Assembly: GCA_028023455.1 (NCBI GenBank)
Contig: JAQFVV010000005.1
Coordinates: 15,686,001-15,750,000 of the forward strand
DNA length: 64,000 nucleotides
Source: Epiperipatus broadwayi
Lineage: Eukaryota > Animalia > Onychophora
Direction: 5' to 3'
Shown: positions 52,984 to 64,000 of the stretch, one piece after another
Numbering within the stretch: the first letter of the stretch is position 1
How the letters are laid out: each line of letters opens with the position of its first letter
Position numbers and translations under genes: made by a program
The notes under the pieces: model-generated
What the model was told of the DNA's origin: nothing
The model's database searches: none
What the model saw: only the letters and a program-made list of their open reading frames with translations

Positions 52984-53027
52984 CTCCACTGAGGTGAGCC
53001 ATAAGCTCGAAAACAATTGGTCTGGAG
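52984..53027 (+). ncRNA. Type I hammerhead motif B3, followed by subfamily B tail to ~53115
   Basis: CUCCA-CUGAGGU-GAGC cauaa GCUC-GAAA A CAAUUG GUC|UGGAG; perfect stems I and II, A9>U lesion. Confidence 0.75.
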
Positions 53028-53843
53028 ATAGGGACTTTCCAATAGAGATTTTGAATTCTTTCTCTTTTGGCACTTATAAAATAAAGCTTGATTAGAGCTA
53101 TTAGTAAGCTCCATCTAGTGATAGATATATATAAATTCTAGAAGCAAGTAGTCATCTTTAAAACTAAATGGGTCTTTTTTATTTTTTTAATTTCTGAATT
53201 CATATTTAATAAAATTATGTCAAGAAACAATTTTTTTTTAGTGTAAAGTATGAAAAATACTGACAACTAAAGTTTTTCACCAAAATAATTTTTTCCAAAG
53301 TGTTAGATTTTTGGTAATTAGTTGTGGTGTATAAGACAAGTAAACAGTATGGAGAATTGCTATGCATATGAGCATATTTCATTGAGAAAATATAAGCTAT
53401 CACCTTTCATTCTTACTTTATATTAATAAAAAAAAATTCACTGTAATAATTGGAAAACTTATTTTCTATCTAATACTATTTTTTATATTCAATGTTTTAT
53501 ATTTTTAAAATATATAATCAATTCCTCTGGGTTTGTAATATTCTAAATTTAACATTAATATTTATGCTTCTACTGTGGAGTAAATTAATAATACCAAAGA
53601 TAAAACCTTTTCAGAATATTCACAATTCTGGCATTCTATCCAATATCCCAAATTGTATTGCAATTTATAGTATATATAAGCGCTTTAACACGCTGAAGAA
53701 GAAGCTGTCAGTAGTAACCAAAACAATTAAACTAAATTAATCTAAGTACTTTCGTGGTTTTCCCTCATATTTATGGCCAAAATAGGTTATAAACCATTGC
53801 TGTAATATTACTAAATAATAATATATGCAAATGCGTATGTCAA

Positions 53844-54230
53844 TTAATTTGTCCATTTTCTTGAAATAGCAAAACACGTGTCATGTCTATTGATCGCATT
53901 GTTATCATTGATAATAAAATACGCCTCCTTGATCTTTCTTTTACAATAGTTGGCTTCGGAGCACACTATTTTGGAGTTGCAGGGTTCGAACACATGATCG
54001 GCCTGCTTCTCATGTTCGAAAAATATTGAGAAGTTATTATTCTTTTTTGCTCTTCTATACATATACATGTGCTGAGCAGCTCTATTTTGGATAGTGGCCT
54101 TGATTTCCCCGTAGTATGTGGTGCCGCATCCAGCCTGAGGGCATGAAATTCTGTACACGAACTGGATGCCTGGGATGGATCCATTCTGTCCTTCACAATT
54201 TATAGTAAATCTCTAGCCAATGTAGCAGCC
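53844..54230 (-). mobile_element. Penelope-like element GIY-YIG endonuclease remnant, frameshifted near 54165
   Basis: RDLL*IVKDRMDP / VYRISC...C...YYGE...IQNRAAQH...IFFEH....HVFE....IVCSE.NYCKRKIKEA.FI....AINR......ISRKW is the characteristic PLE GIY-YIG C-terminus. Confidence 0.88.
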
Positions 54231-57200
54231 AGAATAAAACAGGACAAAATTTAAAAATACCCAAAAGAAGCATACATATAGAAGAAAAATATTTCCATGG
54301 CAACTTGTGTGATTATGTCTGCTCCAATTTTTTTTTAAAAAAAATGAAATAATACAAATAAAAACCTTCACAATACAACTCTTGTGATTATAATATTAAT
54401 AAAGAAAATCATTCAAGGGATTATTATAAACACCTATACATCAGATTGGTCTTTATACATTAACTTTCTTAATGAAACTCTGCTGGATTCAACTATAAAA
54501 CTATCACCACTCTTACAGCAATCAAAATTCCTGATAGGACATTATCTTACTTCAAAGGTAATCAAGTTCGAATGAAATATTTGTAAAGATTAAATAAAAT
54601 ATGGTCTTTTAATTCCTCTCAAATCATATATTCATAAAGCTCTTTAAACAAACTCTTAGTTGGAATCGGACAAATAGAGTTTGGAATATGAAGCTAATGC
54701 TAATCTCAAGTTGATCTAAATTCCTGTTAGAATGTTATCTCCTCTTAAAGGTGATCAAGTTCAAATCTGGAATTGAGGAGGTTGTAGAAAACAGTCTTTC
54801 GTTTTTATCAAATCATCAACAATCTTTTACAGTAGTCCTATTGCATATAATTTTAAACATTTCTATGGATTTCTAAATTGTAATAGCAAACCTATTGATA
54901 TACAGATGTGTCTACTATATATATATCTTATATAATTTAATGTAAATAATGTATAGCTAGATATTAGTTAAAAATAATTAAAAAATCGTGTTGCAATGGA
55001 GAGAATAAAAAAAAAAGCATTTGCATGATTAAGAGTGTATAAGACGATTCATATTCTAACCGATGCGTATATATAGAAATTTATGAATTTCAAATTGATG
55101 CATTTTTAATTTTTTTATTTAATATTTTTCAAATTATTGTTGGATACAGGTGAATTACTGTACTATGTAGTAGAATTATTTTCATTTTGCTGAAATCAAG
55201 TTCCATGCATATAATATGGCTACACCAAAGCTAATGCGACTTTATTTATGATGCCGTCAGATTTCAGATTTTGATACTAATTTTCCCAAATAAGAGCTCA
55301 ATGGACTAAGTTAATTTGAAGGCATATATAATAAAATCAAAATAGGAAATGTATTTTTTATCTTATTTCTTAACCCATAACTATCACATACTGGTATTAA
55401 TTTTCAAATGCCTTAATTTCTTTTTTTTTTTTTTAATTGAATGGTATCCATTTTAGTATCTTCTTAGGCATGTTTCTATTTTGCAAAAATCAAATTAGTT
55501 TAAAATTTAGATTGCATAATATAATTTTCAGGTTTAGTGATATCTCACATTGCTTCTAATCTAAACAGAAGTAAATTTTTTTTAAAAAATTGTATGCAAA
55601 TATTTTAATATCTATTGCAAATAATTCTTATAAATAAAAAAAATCAATACTTTTATAAAACAAATATTTTTCTTAATTGCAGTATGAGATACCAGTTGTA
55701 GCACTTACCTTATAATACCATATTGTAGCTGTTTAGACATATATTGTGCTTAAAATCTTTTATTGCAGATAAATTCATTAACTATGTAAATTATCTTTTA
55801 CCCTTATATAATTATGTGATAGAGAGACCAATATTACCTCATCATCTTGTATGAAATATATGATTTATGCTGTAGTAGAGGCTGAAAATCCCTGGATCTT
55901 AGCTACATTTCTGATGAATTAACTTTTTCTAAACTCAGAGGAATCATTTCTCAGGTGTTGTTTCAGAAATTAAAGAATTGTGTTGGTTAGACACTTGATA
56001 AAGAAATTAATGTTTTGTTTTTTTAAAAAAAGGACAACCAAAGACAGTTTATTTTTAGAAATTAAACTTTATTTTCCAAACAGCAACATTTGATAGCAAA
56101 TTTTTTTTACTTTTTTTTTAAAGGCTATGAAAAAAATATATATATGTACAATTAAAAAAAAAGAGAAACAATGTAGCAAAATTACCAAGAAAATGCAAAT
56201 TGAAAATATATGCTTTAATTTGAAATATTCCAGAAGTTTTGCTTCTGAATATTCAGCTACGTTATCACAGCGGAATGACATTATTACTAAAAAATGTGAC
56301 ATTGTCCTAACGGAGCAAGGTAACATTACATAAGGAATGTATAATTGATCACAATGTATAGTATGAAGCAGTTCAATTTCAGAATGAAAAAAAAATGCAC
56401 AAATTACCTTAATTGGAGGCATTAGTGTGAAAGCTTCATTTTTTCATCTGAGAAATATTTACTGGCTAATTTAAATAAAGTGATGCAAGCAGTTAGCCTA
56501 TTAATGATCAAGCTACAATTTTCATGAGTGAAATACATTGTATAAGTTGTTTTTTTCATGAAGTTTCACTCGGGGGGAAGACGATGCTGTTTCTGAAAAG
56601 TTCAATATTTTAGTATAATGAGAAACTGGATTAGCTATCATGGTAATATTAAGATATAAGTGTAAAAAGAATAGGTCAAAATATATTGATTGTAGATAAG
56701 GGGAAATCAAAAAGAATGTAAATTGAATAATCTCACAAATAATAATTTTGGAAATAAATGCACCATGCAGCTCCACCTAACAGATTTTCTTAAATTTAAT
56801 AATCTATGTATTTGTGGGCATCATATACAAAAATTGACTTAGAGAAAATAACTTAGCATTTTTGCTAGAAAATTCAAAATGTAGTAAATTGATTATCTTT
56901 CTTATCTACATTTAAGGATTAGAATTTTCTGTTTTTTAATTTCCAACATTTAAGAGAATCCATACATTTTAATTTACAAATAATTCCAAAAATATAGAAA
57001 AATGATTTTATAATAGCAGACAAATTTGTGTAAAATGAACAATTATTGATTTTTTTTTCATATCCATAAGCATTATTAATACAAACATATTCAAATATAA
57101 ACAAAAATTTAATTGTCTTTCATGATCATATCAACAAGTCATATCATGCATTTACTGACAAGTAAAGATGACTTCAATGAATGCTTGTGGGTTCTCTGAT

Positions 57201-60200
57201 ACTAAATCATCTATTGAGATAAGTCAAAATGATATTGTGTAGCACATAATTACCTAACAAATTTTTTGACAAAACATCATCCCTTTTAAAATCCTTTTCA
57301 GGATTATATCCAATTTGGAATCAAAGCACACAAAAAAATGTTTGTTTTTTAATTCAAAACATCTAGGAATAAAGATTGTACAATAATGGTCATTACCTCA
57401 ATAAAAATGAAATGAAATAGGATTCTCCAAAGTATAGTATTTAAGAATGTAGAAATCTAACACTAGACATAAAGAAAATAACTTTTTGGATCCTCTGAAG
57501 TTAAAAAAACTCCCCAAAACAATAGTTGGCCTTATCTGGCTAGGTGTCAAGATTAACAGTGATTTTACAACATAGTAAACTGAAAAACAGAAGAATATCG
57601 ACAAATGAATAGGAAAAATAATAGAAACACTTCTGGAAAAAAAGCAAATGAGATTTCTCTAGAAATTGATGTAAAAAGATTGGTGAATGAAGAAGAATTA
57701 AAATCAAACAGTTTTGGTTTGACGCTATCATAATGCAATAGTTCCCATGGTTTTTTATGTTGCAATGAAATAAGGATAAAAGATACATGGAAAATGACAA
57801 GATTTTACCATTATACCAAATCTTATCAATTCATTCCTTGATATTCTGAACTTTTGCAAGAGTTTCAAAGTTTTTGTTTATAGGATGTCTTCTATTTGAG
57901 AAATCTTAATAGCAACACTGCGACTGCATTTATTCATGTTTATTATAATGCATTAATCACTTTCAATACTTAGAATGACTTGTTTTTGTTTACACATTTG
58001 TTTATAATGCTTCTATTAGAGAATGATATGGGTATCAATACAAGCTGATTTACATATTGACCCAACTCAAATATTTGCTTATTACTGAATACAGTGTTAT
58101 TTATTCATCATATTTAAAAACTCACTTCATGAATATATTTTTGACAAATATGTTACATAAAAAAAAAAGTTATAAATAATACTTTTTTATATATTAGGAA
58201 TTTAAAAAAAAAATCTCATATCATTAAAATTAATTTTCAACATTCAGTGTAAAAATTATTTATTTTTACTTTTAGACCACGTAAAGTTTAATGCTCCGAA
58301 AACAATTCTAAAAGAAATTCATTTTAATATTTTCTACAAAATTTCATTAATATTATTTATTCTATACAAAACTAACCAGCATTCTGATGAATCATTTTTA
58401 ACATAGGACTTTGAATTTTGTTGTCCAGGATAGTCACCAGATGACAGAAAAACTTCAATCTTTATGGCTAGCCTTCAGACAACAGAAACTTTTACCTATC
58501 TAAATAAATCTACTAATAAGTAAATCATTAAACTGGTTCATGAATAAAATTTCACTCATGGTCCCAAAACAAAATTTTTAAGAAAATTGAACTTTTTCAA
58601 TATCGCAAATATTAACCAATCACATTAAGTAAATTTGTATAGATTATGTATACTATTGCAAATAATCTACACATTGTATATACTGATTGCATTTAATCAT
58701 AGTTATAAAAAAATGGTTGTAGTCAGAGTATAACTTCAGCATCCATGATAACTATCTAAAAGAAATGGTGTGTTTGAAGAAGTTTCTCATCTTGTACTTT
58801 CCACGACTACAGTGGCAACATCTATCTTTATTTTCTAAATAAATACTATATTAACGACACAATATTTCAATATTATTTCAGAAAATAATTCGTCTCTGTT
58901 CATTCTGCCTTAATATAAAGCCAATATATATTCATGTACACATACGTATGCATTCACACACCCGCAAGTACATTTTTATGTACATATGCCTACATATTGC
59001 AGGTCTTTATTAAAAAGAACATTTACATTTAAAATAGTGATTCTTTTGTCTTTATATTAGTGCCATAAAAAATAATAGACATTTTAAGATTTTAAAATTA
59101 TTGTTGACTTTTATTGACGATTGTTTTTTAGATAAAATTTTTTAGGTTAAATCTTAAAAAATCATTGAACATTTTTCAGAAAAGTTTGAATCAATTGTTC
59201 AAGAAACAATGAGTTTGTATCATAATAGATTGTAGTCATATATTTAAAGACAGCATTATGTTTCAAATGCATAGACATTAATTTCTGAATTGATAGATTT
59301 TAATAAATTTTAACAAGTCTGTAAATAAAATCAGGGCTATCAAATACTGTATATACCAACTTATGACTGAATATTTTACTAAAATTCACAAATCATGTTC
59401 TCAAAGGTAGACATTCTTGTAAATTAGCACCCACCTTTTCATATTAATGCCAATTTACTGATCAGATTTTTAAAAAATATTTTTTAATTGAACAGTATCA
59501 ATTCATAAATTGACCTTATTATAAAAAGGCAGCCATTATTTACAAGTTTGTCAAAAATGATTCTTTAGGAATCTAAATTTGTGAAGTGTTTGGAATTGTT
59601 GGATGTAAGAACTATCGCTGTAAATTATCTATCCTGATGCAGATTCGATATAAACATTAAAACCACCACTACCCCAACTACCATTTTATTTTTAAGATCA
59701 ACTTTTTCCCATTATAATTGTTTTTTTTTATTATATATCCTAATAAACACTGACTACTTTTTAATGTTTTAGTAATGATATTTTGTATCCTCTTTTTTTT
59801 AACTTCTTACATAATCTTAATCTTCATTACTTGGCTTCTTACTTCCAGTTTCCTCCATAGCCATATCTCAAATGCTTTTAAGTATTTTCTTCTTGAGTAC
59901 AAATATTTCAAAACCACTGTGATATTTATCAGTCTTTTTCTTAGTTCTAATTTGAATGATCAGAATAAAATTTTTCCCTGATTGCAACAAATTTGCAAGA
60001 TTATTACTATTTCAAATTTAATCCTTCTTTCGATCTTATTATTTTTTCCCCTCAACATCCTACATTACTAAAGTGTATTTATTTCACCTACTGTGTTGTT
60101 ATTATTGATGTATTTAGCTTTTCAGTCTAAAGATTTCTGTTCATTTGCTTTTATCAATTTACTAGATATTATCTTATTTATACTAAATGAAATATCACTT

Positions 60201-60359
60201 AAATTTTTGTGCTTACACTCAATAGCAGCATTAAAACAATCAAAATATATATTGTTATAATTTGTGAGGCAAACATCATCATGGAGTTTTGATATATATA
60301 TATTTGTGTTTTATTTTGAAAAAATATATATATATTTCAAGTTTTATATTGATGCTGCC

Positions 60360-60643
60360 CAATCAGGATGAAAGATGAAGAAAAGACATTTTAGAGAGAA
60401 CTATGAAAATAAATAATAATAACAGTAAAACAAAACTTCATTTTTATGAATGTATAGAAACAAGTAAGAAACTTCATCGCTAAACCATCGATAATAGAGA
60501 ATAAAAGAGATTGAAAGATTAAGATTAAAGAAAGGATTGACAAGTATGGAAGCTAGAAAAAAACCATGTAGTAGAGAAGTTTGGAGAAAGAAAATTCTCT
60601 GTAGCTAGCTCCAAACTATTAGGAGAAAGTAAAGTAAAGTAAA
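60360..60643 (+). mobile_element. Possible old RTE-like 3' end with (AGTAA)n tail
   Basis: Purine-rich stretch ending tagctccaaactattaggagaaagtaaagtaaagtaa. Confidence 0.3.
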
Positions 60644-62241
60644 TTACACAGTTAATATAGTTATATAAATACAGATAAAATATCAATAATCCACAATTCC
60701 TGGTTCCAGAGCTTTTTCGGATTTCAAAAATATTTTTTTATTCCCTAGATGTAAATCCAATTGACAAAGAGTGAGTTCCCCACAAAAAGATATATATATA
60801 TATTTTCGTTTGTAAGTTAATTTATTGTAAAAAATTAAAAATCATTTCTGAAAATTTGTTTGGCAACACAAGTTTTTAACTAACACAATATTTAGTTTAA
60901 TGATATTCCAGTTATGTGGTTGTTTGGGATATCACGTGATATTTAAGTAGTCTAATTTGAGTGAATATTTTATAATTTCATTTTGCTATTTTGAATAGAG
61001 CCTTCTTTTTTTTTTTTACTTATCTTGAAATCTTTAAGTCGCCCTCCTATTGTGGAACCATCCAGGGAAAAAAAATTTAAATTAATGAACAAAAAATTTA
61101 GATATGAATTTAATCTTTAGAGTAAAGTCATGCAGCTAATTCTCATTATTAATGTAATGTTTTAGATATATGTTATTTCAAAATTTCATTTTGAATACAT
61201 CTTATTATAAACACTTGGTAAGAATTTTTTCTTGATCGTTATCTATTTTAAAATTAGATAGATAAGGCTCAATTTCTTTGAAATGAATTAGCATTGGTTG
61301 TTTTTTAATGTTTAATTTAAAACGCATTATTAAATATTTGAATGAGAAAATATTTAAACAAATCTATTAAATTATACTGCCAAGCAATCACACACACGTA
61401 TCTTAATAGGTAATAGATAATAAGAGTACGATTTAATTTCGATAGGTAATGTAATTCTTAAGCTCGTACGATTAAATTAATTACCATGTATTTTTTTAAA
61501 AAGTGACACTCCCTAACTATCTACAAAGAATTCATTTATAGTGATGGACTTTTCAACATCCATCAGATAATTCTAAAATGTATTTATGAAATTAAATCTG
61601 AAAAAACATATTCTATGATAGGAAAATAACGCATGTAAAGATAAAATTCCTGATGGATTATGGGTAATCCTAAAGAATTCTTTTTTTTCTTTGTCCGATA
61701 GCTTTATGAGTACTGTTATCATATAACATTTTTTCGACGTCTTTTAAAATATAAATGTAGATTAATTGACATACATTTCAATTATTTTATCATTAATGAG
61801 TGCGTTCAAGTGTCCTCTACTGGTTCAATATTTAACTACAATATAAATTGGTGCATTTATTTTATGTTTTTCCAACTATTTATATGGTCACCTTTATACC
61901 TCTAAGCATATACTCACAATTTTAAATACGCTTTGAAAAATTTATGAATTCTTGATAATGTTTTAAAGACATTAATGGCTTTCTTCTTTTTTTTTTATTA
62001 CGCTACGTATAATTAACAGTTTGAAGCTTCAAATTGCATACTGACATTAATGAAAAGTCATTTCCATTTTATAGGATATTTCTTAAAATTTAAAATAAAA
62101 TATCGTTTTCAAAACTTTTCTTAGTTTTAACTGTTAAGTAAATGATTGTTGACTACCCATTTTTTTTAATGGAAAAATTAGTAATAATTTAAAAATTTGA
62201 ACTCCATAAAAAAAGTCACAGACTAAAATAATATAGTATTA

Positions 62242-62570
62242 TAAACAAAGCAAAGCAAAACTCCATATAGTAGTGCCACCTGTGCTAAACAGAGTAATCA
62301 ATGATTGCCAGAAGGCTTGTGCATAAAATCCCTATCCAATGCCTACTCATCCAATATCCCCAGACTAGTTTCTGGCTTGTGGCCTTCGTCAGTGAGGAGC
62401 TTTGGATCTGAGAGCACTGCATGTAGATCTTAGGATCTAATGCAACCCTCTAGCAAACACCTTTTATCTCTACTTAACTACAAAACTATGAGCATGAAAT
62501 TGAAAACACAAAAAATATTTTCAATCTAAGCTCAATAGCTTATATGTGATCATGTGATGCTTGCTGGTTT
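62242..62570 (-). mobile_element. Complete 329-bp hammerhead element (subfamily A) with 12-bp TSD, no ORF, no poly(A)
   Basis: TSD aatatagtatta at 62230-62241 and 62571-62582; homologous to 35580-36005 and 52795-52931. Confidence 0.9.
62357..62398 (-). ncRNA. Type I minimal hammerhead motif A2, identical to A1
   Basis: UCCUCA-CUGACGA-A GGC cacaa GCC A-GAAAC UA GUC|UGGGGA. Confidence 0.8.
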
Positions 62571-64000
62571 AATATAGTATTACCTTGGAAATATTAGTGA
62601 AATAATATATTTGACGCTAAATAACTTGAGGGTTGTTTATTCAGTGCTCAAAGATGTATAATTTCACTTGGGTATATGTGCACATTAAACCATTTTAGCT
62701 AATAAATCACTTAAAATTGAAATATATCACATCTCCTATTATTATACTATAAATGGCACCATGTAAATTAGGAAGTTTTTAGGACAAGAAGAAAAGGAAG
62801 GTGATAGAAGTCTAAGAAAAGATGCCTATCTTCATTTAATCTTATATATGCTTTGGGTAGAGGAAATGCATTAATTATAATACCATCAATGCTTTAAATT
62901 GATATCTATACCATCTGGGATGAACCATTGAAAATTTTCGTAAACCTAGATGAAGATAGATGGTTGTAAGACAGTGTAAAATATTTATGTGGTCAAGGCA
63001 TACTCCTATATTTATATTTTTATGTTATTAATGTATTTTATAATCTTCAAGAAATATTTATTTAAGCTATTGTACTTCTGTAGGGAAAAAATCCACCAAA
63101 TGTAACAGAAAAACTTTAATAAGAATTAACAAAGTGAGTCATTACTACTGGCTTTTAGATGAAGATGTGTTTTCAGGGGATGAGGAAGAAAACTCTAAAA
63201 GAAAGTATTCATATTAAATGTAATCAAGACAAAGTCTCTTTACTGAATGGAATAATAAGCTAATCTTCATACATTTAAATTATTGTATTAGTGAAGCAAA
63301 AATTAAGAAAATTTGACTTTTATATAAAATCAGTCAGGTATTACAACAATTCTACAATATTTTTAAAAATTTATTTTATTGGCAAGGGGTGATAATTTCA
63401 GTCTAAGAATTATTGCAACTTGAAATGTGGTTTTATTTACAGCTTACTTAGTTTGAAATGAGTAATACAACTTTGGAAATTAAATAAGAATGAAGTATCA
63501 AATGATACTGCAAGCACATCTTCAAAATAATTAGAGGTATAAATTTATGGTTAAAAAGAATTTATTAATGACTTTATGGTTTATTCTTAGACTTTTATAT
63601 TTTAAACAAGCAGAATAGATGCATTAGTTTAAAAGTGTAATGCTGCAATTTTATTCTACATTAAATAATAGCGCCATCTCTCTTCCATTTTAAAAACCAA
63701 GCACTGAATAAAATTAATGATTAGATGATAGTGAAACTAGATATCATTGTCAATTTCTGTTTTGTTGACCTTCTGCAGGAGGATACTTTACTAATATCGA
63801 TTTGAAGATCACCATTTACATCTTATATTCCATTCAACTATTGATTTGAAATTGCAATCGTGCTAAGATTTTAAACCCAAATGAAGTTGCTTGCATGAGT
63901 CAGAAACTTTATATATATTAGTCTCAATTATAAGCTAAAGATAGATGTCATAATTAAATGTAAGCTGTGGAAGTTAACGATAATAATTTTAGTTTATAAT

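Noticed and set aside
53690-53725. CUGAAGAAG next to the PLE ORF
   Set aside because: No GAAA or stem II, and it is antisense to the ORF.
56000-58000. LINE endonuclease-like traces (DDFN) and several short ORFs
   Set aside because: Too degenerate to classify; the ORFs are low-complexity AT-rich artefacts.
58400-58503. Possible terminal exon (TLNFVVQDSHQM..LLPI*)
   Set aside because: No homology recognised and no upstream exons found.
63665-63850. GCGCCATCT motif and a strong-looking acceptor (ttctgcAG at 63777-63778)
   Set aside because: A single motif and acceptor are insufficient to call a promoter or exon.

Overview
Very AT-rich, intron-rich metazoan DNA (invertebrate, possibly arthropod; the taxon is an inference). 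The only host gene I can support is the 3' part of APPBP2/PAT1 (TPR protein, amyloid protein-binding protein 2) on the + strand: 8 coding exons from 3639 to 38200, joined in frame (1014 nt including the stop codon), starting with a 33-nt microexon. Upstream exons lie outside the window. The rest is mostly decayed transposons: three RTE-clade LINE loci of one type, a BovB-like RTE, a Gypsy remnant lacking RT, a mariner fragment, Penelope-like (PLE) fragments and a short tRNA-Gly-like SINE with TSDs. The most interesting signal is a set of short (~330-430 bp) non-coding elements carrying minimal type I hammerhead-ribozyme motifs, in two related subfamilies plus more distant motifs. They show stem covariation, a palindromic stem III, TSDs, no poly(A) tail and recurrent inverted-tail architectures, and one lies beside a PLE GIY-YIG remnant. 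They look like a non-autonomous PLE-derived or retrozyme-like family. All alignments, folds and translations were done by eye, and repeat boundaries are approximate unless a TSD is given.
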